Origin: Chloroflexota bacterium
Lineage (GTDB): Bacteria > Chloroflexota > UBA6077 > FW602-bin22 > JBCLEL01
NCBI GenBank assembly: GCA_965262895.1
Contig: OZ253568.1
Span: forward strand, 3,086,479 to 3,150,478
Reading direction: 5' to 3'
Length of the DNA stretch: 64,000 nt
Part shown: piece after piece, positions 48,589 to 58,462 of the stretch
Position numbering within the stretch: the stretch's first letter is position 1
How the letters are laid out: every line of letters starts with the position of its first letter
Notes under the pieces: generated by a model
Database searches by the model: none
Seen by the model: the letters and a program-made list of their open reading frames with translations, nothing else
What the model was told of the DNA's origin: nothing
Position numbers and translations under genes: made by a program

Positions 48589-50337
48589 CTAGTACCCGAT
48601 CGCCATCCCAGCAACCCTCGGATCAGTCCCTCCGAGGAGAATCTTGCGGTGGTGATCGAAGGCTATTAACTGAACTCCGCCGCCCGCGCCCCAACGATCC
48701 AGTCGTTCCACCCGGTGGCCCCGCTCAGTCAGTCCGGCTAGTGCGTCGTCTGAAATACCCTGTTCCGCTCTTACAACGAACCTATGTTCGATGGTTTCCG
48801 GATCGGTGCTGGGAAAGCTGTACCATCTAGGTGCTTCGGCAGCCTCCTGTACGTTCAGGTCGAAATCCACAAGGTTCACGATCGTCTGCATATTCCACTG
48901 GGGTTGCTGATCTCCGCCCGGCGTTCCGCCGACGATCACCGGTTTGCCCTCGTTGGTGATGAGATAGCAATTCAGTGTATGCATAGTCCGCTTGCCGCCA
49001 GCCAAGCGGTTAGGATGGCCCGCTTCGAGTGTGAATCCGCGTCCGGCCCGGTTATTCAGCACGATGCCGGTATCGCCAGCTACTACTCCGCTGCCAAAGG
49101 CGTTAGACAAACTGTGGATGATTGAGACTGCGTTACCCCAACGGTCAGCTACTGCGAAATAGGTCGTGTCACCTCCTAGCAACTCCGGCGGGGCACCGGC
49201 CAACACGCCGAGCGCCCGGCTGTGGTCGATGTCCCGACGGCGCAAGGCCGCGAACTCTTTGCTTATCAACGAGTTGATTGAGAAATCAACAGTGCGGGGG
49301 TCGCCACAATAACGCAGGCGATCGGCGAAAGCCAGCTTCTTGGTTTCAATCATGATGTGCAGTGTTTGCGTCGTATTCCGTCCCAACATCCGCAGATCGA
49401 ATCCTTCAAGAAGGTTCAACTCTTCGAGAACTATTAGACCTTGCGATACTGGTCTGGTCTGGTGAACCTGGTAACCTCGATAGTCGGTCGAAATTGGAGC
49501 GTAGACTTCGGTCTCGTGATCCGCGAATTCAGCTTCTGTGAGTCCACTATCCGAGTTACCACTTGCACGGTAGAAGTCGGCGATTCGTCTCGAGATATCG
49601 CCTTCATAGAATGCCTTAGAGCCACCAGACGCAATGAGGCGCAAGGACTCTGCCAGATCCGGATTTCGGAGCCGGTCGCCAGCCTGTAGTGATCTACCGC
49701 CCGGCATGAATATTAACGCGGAAGTCGGGAATTGACCCAGGACGTGGGCCGTCCCAGCGATAACGCCGGCCGTTGTCTCCGGCAGGATGAACCCCTGTCC
49801 GGCTATCTCGATGGCCGGCTGCAAGAGGTCGCCCAACGGGCGAGTAGCGAAGAGGTTCGCTATTGTCTCGTATGCATGAACTGCTCCCGGCACTGCTGCT
49901 GAGTACAGGCCGGAGATTGGCATCTTGCGAAATCCCCGCTCCAGGAAATACTCCGGTGTTGCCCTGTAGGCGCACACTCCACTTCCGTTGATCGCCGTGC
50001 ACCTGCCAGTACTTGCTTCGTAAACGATGGCGAAGAGGTCGCCGCCCAATCCGCACATGGCCGGCAACGTGACATTCTCGACAGATGCGACTGCGATGGC
50101 CGCATCGACCGCATTGCCCCCGGATTCCAATACGTCGATGCCTACGCGTGTCGCGATCGGGTCTGCGGCAGATATCATTCCCTCAGAGCCATACGCAATT
50201 GGGCTCTGCTGGCCGGCTCGAGGAACGCTGCTAGTCGTTCTTAGTCCAATCCCTCCGGATGCCAAGCTCATATTGTCTCCCCCAACGGGCCTGTCGAATC
50301 CCGATTTTGGTCTGCCATCTCGATTCGAAATTCCCAC
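48589..50337 (-). CDS. ggt: gamma-glutamyltransferase
   Basis: 582 aa. The autoprocessing site ..GGDTTYFAV.. and ..GGTPGG.. are typical of GGT. Confidence 0.9.
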   Translation of the reverse strand: MGISNRDGRPKSGFDRPVGGDNMSLASGGIGLRTTSSVPRAGQQSPIAYGSEGMISAADPIATRVGIDVLESGGNAVDAAIAVASVENVTLPAMCGLGGDLFAIVYEASTGRCTAINGSGVCAYRATPEYFLERGFRKMPISGLYSAAVPGAVHAYETIANLFATRPLGDLLQPAIEIAGQGFILPETTAGVIAGTAHVLGQFPTSALIFMPGGRSLQAGDRLRNPDLAESLRLIASGGSKAFYEGDISRRIADFYRASGNSDSGLTEAEFADHETEVYAPISTDYRGYQVHQTRPVSQGLIVLEELNLLEGFDLRMLGRNTTQTLHIMIETKKLAFADRLRYCGDPRTVDFSINSLISKEFAALRRRDIDHSRALGVLAGAPPELLGGDTTYFAVADRWGNAVSIIHSLSNAFGSGVVAGDTGIVLNNRAGRGFTLEAGHPNRLAGGKRTMHTLNCYLITNEGKPVIVGGTPGGDQQPQWNMQTIVNLVDFDLNVQEAAEAPRWYSFPSTDPETIEHRFVVRAEQGISDDALAGLTERGHRVERLDRWGAGGGVQLIAFDHHRKILLGGTDPRVAGMAIGY

Positions 50338-50443
50338 TTAGGCGGGAACATGCAGATGGCAATTGTATCTCAGTATGTAGCTCGCGAAGGGTGTTACAAT
50401 GAAGGTCCTGTTGAAGACGGGACTATAGGTTGGAGGTGACTTT

Positions 50444-51226
50444 GTGGCGCAGGCCGCTCTCAACTACAGCCGGGCCGAACTAATGGCTGTCTGCTCGGCC
50501 CGTGAAATCAAGAACGGTGAACGAGTCTTCGTCGGAACTGGCCTGCCCATGCTAGGAGCAATGCTGGCCAAGAGGACACACGCACCGGACTCTGTGCAGA
50601 TCTATGAGTCCGGGGTGATCGACTCTAGGCCGACGCGAACCCCGATTAGCATAGGCGATTGTTGCCTAGTACCAAATAGCGCAATGCTCTGTGGTTTGAC
50701 CGAAGTCTTTGGTTCGATCCTGCAGCCCGGTTACGTAGACGTCGGGTTTATCGGCGCCGCTCAGATTGATCACTACGGCAACATCAATACGAGCGTAATA
50801 GGTGATTACTTCCACCCAAAGGTCCGGCTCCCAGGCAGCGGTGGCGCGAACGAGATAGGCAGCCTCGCCAATCGTGTGTGCGTGATGATGGTTCAAGATC
50901 GTCGTAAGTTCAGCGAAAAAGTAGATTACGTGACAACGCCGGGCTACCTTTCCGGTCCTGGGGCTCGGCAAGCGGCCGGCTTGCCGCGTGGCGGTCCATC
51001 GGTGGTGATCACTCAGATGGCCATATATAGGTTCGACCAAGAGTGCGAAATGCGCCTGGTTTCGGTTCACCCTGGCGTGACGGTTGATGATGTGCGTGAA
51101 CAGGTGGCCTGGGATCTGCGAGTCGCACCCGAAGTCGAAGAGACGGCACCGCCTATCGAAAACGAGCTTCGCCTATTGCGTGAAGAGCTGGACCCGAAAG
51201 GCATCTTTCTGGGAAGCCGCGACTAG
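50444..51226 (+). CDS. CoA-transferase beta-subunit-like protein (glutaconate/3-oxoacid CoA-transferase B family)
   Basis: 260 aa. ..VFVGTGLP.., ..ESG.. and ..GAAQIDHYGNIN.. patterns. No alpha subunit is adjacent. Confidence 0.7.
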   Translation: MAQAALNYSRAELMAVCSAREIKNGERVFVGTGLPMLGAMLAKRTHAPDSVQIYESGVIDSRPTRTPISIGDCCLVPNSAMLCGLTEVFGSILQPGYVDVGFIGAAQIDHYGNINTSVIGDYFHPKVRLPGSGGANEIGSLANRVCVMMVQDRRKFSEKVDYVTTPGYLSGPGARQAAGLPRGGPSVVITQMAIYRFDQECEMRLVSVHPGVTVDDVREQVAWDLRVAPEVEETAPPIENELRLLREELDPKGIFLGSRD

Positions 51227-51291
51227 GGAGACGTCAATCATCGTCGCGGGACTGTGTTGCCGGCGGTTGAAATTACTTTCTTCAGGCTTGA

Positions 51292-51714
51292 CTAGATATC
51301 GGTAGGTTCCAGAGTTATGCCCGGCCACCTCTCGTCAACCTCGCTGACGTCGACAGTAATGCCGTCGGGGTCTTCTACCTTGAATGCTCGATCCTCAAGA
51401 TTATCGGGATCCACGGGGCGTTTTCCATTCAGTCCGTCCGAAAAGATTTCATATCCCATTTCGCGGAGGCGCCGGGCAGCCGCTGGGACATTAGTAACGC
51501 CAACCCCCACGTGCAGGTAATCCAACATACCCCCGACATGGTCAGGTCGCGGGTCGCCGGTGTGCTGGAAGACGGCGAAATTATGGTAGCCGTCTGAAAG
51601 GTCGTAGCGTATACCCTTGTGCTTAACTACTTTCATACCGAGACCATCGCGCCAGAACCGTACCGACTCATCCAGATTGGACGCACGCACGCCAACATGC
51701 ACCAAGACACTCAT
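51292..51714 (-). CDS. VOC/glyoxalase-family protein
   Basis: ..VHVGVRASNLDESVRFWRDGLGM.. and ..HVGVGV.. motifs. Start taken at an internal ATG. Confidence 0.8.
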   Translation of the reverse strand: MSVLVHVGVRASNLDESVRFWRDGLGMKVVKHKGIRYDLSDGYHNFAVFQHTGDPRPDHVGGMLDYLHVGVGVTNVPAAARRLREMGYEIFSDGLNGKRPVDPDNLEDRAFKVEDPDGITVDVSEVDERWPGITLEPTDI

Positions 51715-51893
51715 CGTAACAGGCCTCCTAATTCGCAAAGATCCGTCTAACGTCCAACTCGGGCCGGCTCGGCAGTATCGATTCTAGCATGGCGCCGGCC
51801 CCTGCCCATTGGAGTGCACCGAGTTCCGGTTGAGACCGGATCGCATCCGCTTGAGTGTTGGGATCGATGAGATCTGGGAGTTCGCATCCTTTC

Positions 51894-52148
51894 CTATTGC
51901 TCCTGTAGCCGCATGTGGATTCGGTGTCGCAGGTCATAGGGACTCGATTCGTCCTGTGCGACTTGGGCGATCAATCGCCGCAATCTGTCGGAGAATCTGA
52001 AACGTGCGCGGCAGTTCGGGCACGCGTCGAGGTGCCGCCGGACGATTGCCGCTTCCTGGTCGGACAGTTCGCGGTCGAGGTACACGTGTAACTTTTCTTC
52101 TGCTTCCTGGCACTCTATATGATCAGGTTCGCTATGAAAGTTCGTCAC
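51894..52148 (-). CDS. zinc-finger (zf-HC2) anti-sigma factor, RsrA-like
   Basis: 84 aa. C..AEEKLHVYLDRELSDQEAAIVRRHLDACPNCRARF carries the H-x3-C-x2-C motif. Overlaps the sigma gene by 17 nt. Confidence 0.8.
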   Translation of the reverse strand: MTNFHSEPDHIECQEAEEKLHVYLDRELSDQEAAIVRRHLDACPNCRARFRFSDRLRRLIAQVAQDESSPYDLRHRIHMRLQEQ

Positions 52149-52758
52149 GACTACCCGCCTGTACTTGGATTCCGGCCGCCGAACTCGAATATTGCCATAA
52201 TTTCTTCTGCATAAGCCTGCGACCGCGCGAAAGTCGGCTCATCACGGTACCCATTGGAACGTCGGTCACGTCTGCGATTTCTCGGTAGCTAAGACCCTCG
52301 ACGTCGGACAATAGCACCGCAATGCGAAATTGCGCCGGGAGTTCCTCGATTGCGGCTTTGATGTCCAAGTCGACTAGCTCGCGGAACACTTCATCTTCGG
52401 CACTCTTGGGAAGGGGAGTCTCTGACCGGTTCGTCCGATTGTAGAGATAGAACTCCTCCAAATCTTCGATTGAAGACTCGCTTGTGGACCACTTTGCCCT
52501 GTTCATGTTGACGTGGGTATTGTGTAGGATCCGAAACAACCATGCCCGCATATTTGTTCCCAATTGAAATGTATGGGCCGAACGAAAAGCGCGAAGGTAG
52601 GTTTCTTGGACGAGATCTTCGGCGTCCTGCGCGTTGCGCGTCATACGGCGGGCGGTACGATACAGAGAGTCGACATGATTCATAGCCAGCCGTTCGAATT
52701 CGGAACTCTCTGAGGCGGACATTGCTGCTTTGTTGTCGCTAGGGTTTTTCTGGATCAT
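52132..52758 (-). CDS. ECF-type RNA polymerase sigma-70 factor
   Basis: Region 2 (..DAEDLVQETYLRAF..) and region 4 (..LSYREIADVTDVPMGTVMSRLSRGR..). Confidence 0.9.
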   Translation of the reverse strand: MIQKNPSDNKAAMSASESSEFERLAMNHVDSLYRTARRMTRNAQDAEDLVQETYLRAFRSAHTFQLGTNMRAWLFRILHNTHVNMNRAKWSTSESSIEDLEEFYLYNRTNRSETPLPKSAEDEVFRELVDLDIKAAIEELPAQFRIAVLLSDVEGLSYREIADVTDVPMGTVMSRLSRGRRLMQKKLWQYSSSAAGIQVQAGSRDELS

Positions 52759-52994
52759 GGTCTTGCCCTTTGCCTTGCGTCGAGTTGAGTCTACGCTCGC
52801 CTCTCAGGAAACTCAATCCCACATCGTATGAGGCACCACGCGCCGCACGTTCTCGGAAATGCAATTCTCATTTGGAATTGAGGTCCAACTAAGATTGTAC
52901 TATCAGTACTGAACACTCAAGGTCGATACAAGACTCTCCGTCGATTGGACAAAGTCTGTCGATTCTCCGTCCGAGGCGGCCAAACGCTGCCCCT

Positions 52995-53590
52995 ACGCCT
53001 AGCGGCGCGCTTCATTGGGCGCTTTGTTTTGCAAAAAGTACCTCTTAGAGGTGGGTCCCTCCGATCTGATAGAGGCCGGTGGTCTGAGACGATGCCAAAT
53101 CCGGCCGGCTTGCGCTCGTCAAGACAATTTGTTTTGCAAAAAGTACCTCTTAGAGGTGGGCCCCTCCGATCTGATGGAGGCCGGCGGTCTGAGACGATGC
53201 CAAATCCGGCCGGCTTGCGCTCGTCAAGACAATTTGTTTTGCAAAAAGTACCTCTTAGAGGTGGGCCCCTCCGATCTGATAGAGGCCGGTGGTCTGAGAC
53301 GATGCCAAATCCGGCCGGCTTGCGCTCGTCAGGACAATTTGTTTTGCAAAAAGTACCTCTTAGAGGTGGGTCCCTCCGATCTGATGGAGGCCGGTGGTCT
53401 GAGACGATGGCACATCTGGCCGGCTTGCGCTCGTCAAGACAATTTGTTTTGCATTCTTGCCATCGGGAAAGCGGTTCTGCGCAAGTTGATAGAGGCCGGC
53501 GGCCTGAAATGACGTCACCAATTGGCCGGCGTGCGCTTGTCTAGGCGTTTGTTTTGTGTTTTTTCGTATTGGGCCGGCCATCTTCCACGG
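52995..53590. repeat. 105-bp tandem repeat array (4 near-identical units plus about 1.5 degenerate units)
   Basis: The TTTTGCAAAA palindrome recurs with its G at 53031, 53136, 53241, 53346 and 53451 (degenerate), and at 53556 (degenerate), an exact 105-bp period. Units also contain ACCTCTTAGAGGT and CCGGCCGG palindromes. Confidence 0.9.
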
Positions 53591-53712
53591 ACCGATATCA
53601 AGCTGCGCGCCGTAGGTGTGCTGTCGTCAGAGTTGGCACGAATAAGCGAACATACGTACCATCATTATACCGCAGTAAGAGCGATATTGCGCGAACTGTT
53701 GACGGCGGCAGG

Positions 53713-54975
53713 GGTTTTTGATTCTCTAACATCCGTTGTCACCCAAAGGTTGGCGGTGGTCTTGCCTTCCCCCTCCCCTCTGGATTCCTGCCCCCGTATC
53801 GGAGTACGGGGCATGCTTTAGATCGCGGGAATCACCATGGCCTTGCGAAGGCCACAAAAGAGGATGAAAATGGGACGGCGCCGGGTGGTGCAACGCGGGC
53901 GAACTAGCGGCGCGCCCTAGGCGGGGGACAATCCCCCGCGCTACAATCCCCTCTCCCCACCCCTCTGGATTCCGGCCCCGTGTCGGGGTACGGGGCATGC
54001 TTTTGATCGCCGGAATGACGAATCGAGGGTCCGGAGTGACGAAGGGATGCCGCGAATGACCAATGAGAGGCTGCTGGAGCGGTCTATCCCGGATCGGAGT
54101 CCGGGACATGCTTTCATAGCAATCGCTCATGCCGGCTGGCGCCGGCACACCAAGGTATGAAAAGCGGGAGTTGTGGTTTGGTACAGCGAATTGGCACGGT
54201 GGATTCTGCCACGCCCCACCCCAACCCCAGCGGGGGACAAGCCCCCGCGCTACATTTTCTCATTCCGCCATCGGCCATCGGCCATCGGTCTACAATTCGG
54301 CAAGTTTCGCCGGTGGAGAGCCGGCATCGAGGTTGATTGGAGGGCACATCCCGGATCGGAGTCCGGGACATGCTTTCATAGCAATCGCTCATGCCGGCTG
54401 GCGCCGGCACACCAAGGTATGAAAAGCGGGAGTTGTGGTTTGGTACAGCGAATTGGCACGGCGGATTCTGCCACGCCCCACCCCGACTCCAGCGGGGGAC
54501 AAGCCCCCGCGCTACATTTTCTCATTCCGCCATCGGCTATCGGTCTACGATTCGGCACGTTTCGCCCATGGAGAGCCGGCATCGAGGTTGATTGGAGGGC
54601 ACATCCCGGATCGGAGTCCGGGACATGCTTTCGTGCCAATCGCTCATGCCGGCTGGCGCCGGCACACCAAGGTGTGAAAATTGGGTGCATTGGTTGGTGG
54701 GAGAGTTCTAGCGTCATTGCCACAACCCGCACCTCCCCTCTGGATTCCCGCCTTCGCGGGAATGACGAATTGAGGGGCCGGAATGACGAGATCGCGGAAT
54801 GGAGGGGTTCAACGGCGCGCTCGAAAGCGGCGTAGGCGCATTTACGTACGAATGACGACATGCGGTTTGCGGACTATCGAAATGGCCTTGGCGGGTTGAT
54901 TGTTTCGACCAACTGCTTGTCGGCCTAGGAAAATACTCTAGAAGTCCTAAACATTAAAGAATAGAAAAGCCCTGG
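53713..54975. repeat. Composite long repeat A (1263 bp; mosaic of REP units with an internal 262-bp tandem duplication)
   Basis: Collinear with 57480-58415 and in the same orientation. The internal unit starting TCCCGGATCGGAGTCCGGGACATGC recurs at 54087, 54349 and (variant) 54604. Confidence 0.85.
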
Positions 54976-55122
54976 ACGGCGGGCGAGGGTCTTCCGGTTC
55001 TCCACCCAAGTCGGTCACACGAGCCGCAATTCCGGACGGACGTGCGTTGCCAAGTGGTTAGCCATCGGCCCGGAGAATCAGATGGCCGCACAGACAAGAC
55101 GCTACGATTTGTGCTTGGCGTG

Positions 55123-57450
55123 CTAAGTCGGCTCGGTTACCGTTATCGTCCGATCGGCAGAGATGTTGCTTATCGACTGCACAACTCCACTGGGCCAGCG
55201 GATTTCGAGCTCGTCAACTTTGCCAACTTGGCCTAGACCAAAGTGGGCGATCAAACTGTTTTGGGACAAGAAGCTTGTTCCGCTCTGGATCTCCCGAATT
55301 TGACGCTTATTTCCAGCAGTCAGAATAAGCCGAGCTCCGATACCGTCCCGGTTGCTCTGGGTTCCGGCGAGTTGGACGTTTAACCACCGATTGCCGTTGC
55401 CCCTATTTCTAAAAAGCACTGGCCGTTGGTCGTAGTTGGCGACGAGCATGTCCAAGAATCCATCGCCATCTATGTCACCAACGGCTAGTCCGCGGGCGCA
55501 TCCGGTGTGTGCGGTGGAAGTGATCCTCGATACGTCACGGAATGTCCCGTCGCCCATGTTGTGGAAAAGGGCATTGGGTTGGTCCGGAGGGTAGTTTCCG
55601 TCAGCTTTTTGCTCTGGGTATAACCTGCCGGCTACAAAGTAGAGATCGAGTACGCCATCGTTGTCGAAGTCTAGGAAAGCGGTACCCCATCCGCTTGAGT
55701 CCTCGCCGCGAACGACCGCGCGGCCGACGCCAGCTCGATTCGTCATTTCTTCAAATGTCGCGTCGCCTCGGTTGCGATAAAGGACGTTGCTGCCCAAGTT
55801 AGTCGCGAACATGTCCAGACGCCCGTCGCCATCGTAATCGCCCACCGCGACTCCCATTCCGTGAAATGCCGCATCGACGCCGGCGCGCGCGCCGACCTCT
55901 CGAAACGCCCAGCCATCGTCTCTTGGACCAAGGTTGCGAAACAGCGTGTTTGGGCGAATGTGGTGGCCGAAGTCGTTTACTACGTATAAGTCCGGCCTGC
56001 CGTCGTCGTCATAGTCAAATGAGCCTACAGCCAGTCCTGCACCATGGATCTCGCCCGCATCCAGATATTTCGTCACGTCAGTGAACGTGCCGTTGCCCTT
56101 GTTTTGGAACAGACGGTGGCTGCGAGATGCCGCAGTATACGCCCTACGAGTGAAATCTGGCGACATCTCCAACCGGAACTCTGGAACCTCGTCAAGCCAG
56201 TACGTAACGTAGAGGTCCAAATGTCCGTCGCCATTGAAATCAACCCAGGCTGCCGAGGCGGGGTGACCTTCACCGCGGGCAAGCAGTGCGTCGAACGTAA
56301 CGTCCGAGAATCTTCCATCGCCCTTGTTTCGGAACAGCTTTAATCCGCTCAGAGTCGTAAGCAGAATGTCACAGTGACCGTCGTTGTCGTAATCGGCGGC
56401 GGCGACTCCAATAGCAACCCCGTCAGGATCGGCTATCCCCGCCTCGTCTGCGATTTCGGTGAACGTGCGGTCTCCATTGTTGATATAGAGCGCGTTCGGT
56501 CCATTCGCATTGGTCAAGAATATGTCCGGCATGCCATTTCCATTGACGTCAATAAAGGCCGCGCCGGCTTGAATGGTGTCGGCACGCCGGTTAGCCTGAT
56601 GCCTGAAGTTAATTCCTGCCTGCAGCGTAATGTCCTCGTAGATTGGTAGCGTTGCCTCGGGATCGGGTCGACGCAGTGCCGCGGCAACTCTCGCTCCGCC
56701 AATCGCAAAAACGAGTCCCGCCATACCCACGAGCAGAGCCCTGCGAGACAGCCCAGGTGAGCTCTTGACTCCGGTTGAGCTTGCCGGCTGATTGGCGACT
56801 TGGTTCCAACCCGCGATCAGATCGGCCGCTAGGTGTCGATAGAATCCCCCTATCCAGTAGGCGACGATCACCGGCAGATAGGCGGCGGTGTTAAGGGCGA
56901 GATGGAGCCACATTAGATGCAACGCATTACCCAAGATACCTGGCGTTCCGTCTCGCCCGAACTCAACAAACTGCCAGATCTTGAATATGTGCTCGATGGC
57001 GTGATATCCCTGGATAAGGATGCCTACTGTGAGAAGCCACCACGCTGCGGTCCCGCGGGACCAAAGCTGTGGTCGGTGCGCACCACTCAGGGCATAGACT
57101 GAGATAAGGAGAAGAAAAAAGAGAATGTTATAGGCGAATTGAAGTGGCTCTTGGTCGAAATATTGACCGAGCAGGCCTTTCGCATTCTGTATTTCGAGGA
57201 CGAATCGCTGAAATACTTGAACGACCTGCTCGGCCTCATGGAACCCCTGAATTATCAAGAGTCCGAGGAACGCGACGGCAAGTGCTGGGTTGGGTAAGTG
57301 TCCGGTAGCTTCTAGTTGGCTCAGCCGGTTTCTAAGCTCGAGGATCCGTTCACGTATGGCTGCCGACTCACCGCTGACCAATAGCGACCCTTCTGCCTCG
57401 TCCTGTGATTTTACCCTTCGGTAGAACATCGTAAGTATACACGCGGCCAA
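55123..57450 (-). CDS. FG-GAP/VCBS-repeat protein with ASPIC/UnbV C-terminal domain (CRTAC1 family), fused to an N-terminal ~230-aa membrane domain
   Basis: Repeated ..D.DGDG..D.. FG-GAP units; C-terminal ..ELEIRWPSGVVQS.. UnbV_ASPIC motif. The N-terminal hydrophobic domain has HEAEQ/HAIEH motifs. An internal Tat-like motif SRRALLVGMAGLVFAIGGARVAAA lies at about residue 235. Confidence 0.85.
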   Translation of the reverse strand: MAACILTMFYRRVKSQDEAEGSLLVSGESAAIRERILELRNRLSQLEATGHLPNPALAVAFLGLLIIQGFHEAEQVVQVFQRFVLEIQNAKGLLGQYFDQEPLQFAYNILFFLLLISVYALSGAHRPQLWSRGTAAWWLLTVGILIQGYHAIEHIFKIWQFVEFGRDGTPGILGNALHLMWLHLALNTAAYLPVIVAYWIGGFYRHLAADLIAGWNQVANQPASSTGVKSSPGLSRRALLVGMAGLVFAIGGARVAAALRRPDPEATLPIYEDITLQAGINFRHQANRRADTIQAGAAFIDVNGNGMPDIFLTNANGPNALYINNGDRTFTEIADEAGIADPDGVAIGVAAADYDNDGHCDILLTTLSGLKLFRNKGDGRFSDVTFDALLARGEGHPASAAWVDFNGDGHLDLYVTYWLDEVPEFRLEMSPDFTRRAYTAASRSHRLFQNKGNGTFTDVTKYLDAGEIHGAGLAVGSFDYDDDGRPDLYVVNDFGHHIRPNTLFRNLGPRDDGWAFREVGARAGVDAAFHGMGVAVGDYDGDGRLDMFATNLGSNVLYRNRGDATFEEMTNRAGVGRAVVRGEDSSGWGTAFLDFDNDGVLDLYFVAGRLYPEQKADGNYPPDQPNALFHNMGDGTFRDVSRITSTAHTGCARGLAVGDIDGDGFLDMLVANYDQRPVLFRNRGNGNRWLNVQLAGTQSNRDGIGARLILTAGNKRQIREIQSGTSFLSQNSLIAHFGLGQVGKVDELEIRWPSGVVQSISNISADRTITVTEPT

Positions 57451-57479
57451 TCGAATGGCTTGGGAGAGTGCACACCAGT

Positions 57480-58415
57480 GGTTTTTGATTCTCTAGCATC
57501 CGTTATCACCCAAAGGTTGGCGGTGGTCTTGCCTTCCCCCTCCCCTCTCGATTCCGGCCCCGTATCGGGGTACGGGGCATGCTTTTGATCGCCGGAATCA
57601 CCATGGACCTGAGAGGTCCGCATAAGAGGATGAAAATGGGGCGACGGGTGAGTTTTTTCCATCGTCTGGTGACCTTACCCCTCCCCACCCCTTCTGGATT
57701 CCGGCCTTCGCCGGAATGACGATTGGGGGGCCGGATTGACGAGGGGATGCCGCGAATGACCAATGAGAGGCTACTGGAGCGGTCTATCCCGGATCCTAGT
57801 CCAGGACATGCTTTCATAGCAATCGCTCATCCCGGCTGGCGCCGGCACACCAAGGTATGAAAAGCGGGAGTTGTGGTTTGGTACAGCGAATGAGCACGGC
57901 GGATTGTGCCACGCCCCACCCCGACCCCAGCGGGGGACAAGCCCCCGCGCTACATTTTCTCATTCCGCCATCGACCATCGGTCTACAATTCGGCACGTTT
58001 CGCCGGTGGAGAGCCGGCATCGAGGTTGATTGGAGGGCACATCCCGGATCGTAGTCCGGGACATGCTCTCATAGCAATCGCTCATGCCGGCTGGTGCCGG
58101 CACGCCAAGGTGTGAAAATCGGGTGCATTGGTTGGTGGGAGAGTTCTAGCGTGATTGCCACAACCCGCACCTCCCCTCTGGATTCCCGCCTTCGCGGGAA
58201 TGACGAAAGGGGGGGTGCGGGAATGACGAGATCGCGGAATGGAGGGGTTCGGCGGCGCGCTCGAAAGCGGCGTGGGCGCATTTTCGTACGAATGACGACA
58301 TGCGGTTTGCGGACTATCGAAATGGGCTTTGTAGGTTGACTTTTTCGACCAACTGCTTGTCGGCCTAGGAAAATACTCTAGAAGTCCTAAACATCAAAGA
58401 ATAGAAAAGCCCTGG
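57480..58415. repeat. Composite long repeat B (936 bp), direct repeat of 53713-54975
   Basis: Same unit order and orientation as repeat A, without the 262-bp duplication. The last ~200 bp are near-identical, ending ...CGACCAACTGCTTGTCGGCCTAGGAAAATACTCTAGAAGTCCTAAACAT.AAAGAATAGAAAAGCCCTGG. Confidence 0.85.
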
Positions 58416-58462
58416 GGTGCACACAGGGTCCGCGGACGGATATCCGGGACGCGGGATGGGAG

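Noticed and set aside
52945-53544. 199-aa and 165-aa plus-strand ORFs spanning the tandem array, considered as a repeat protein
   Set aside because: They are open only because the 105-bp period is a multiple of 3, and two overlapping frames are open at once. The translations (..FVLQKVPLRGG.LRSD.GRWSETMPNPAGLRSSRQ..) are Arg/Gly/Ser-rich and not protein-like. No RBS or start context is present.
52995-53590. Possible CRISPR array
   Set aside because: The whole 105-bp unit repeats and there are no unique spacers between short repeats. No cas genes are in the window.
54114-54861. ORFs of 80-220 aa on both strands (e.g. 54173-54835 +, 54376-54861 -), with similar ones at 6407-6749, 18916-19539 and 57506-58339
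   Set aside because: They are entirely composed of the REP-like hairpin units, appear symmetrically on both strands, and repeat the same peptide strings wherever the DNA repeat recurs.
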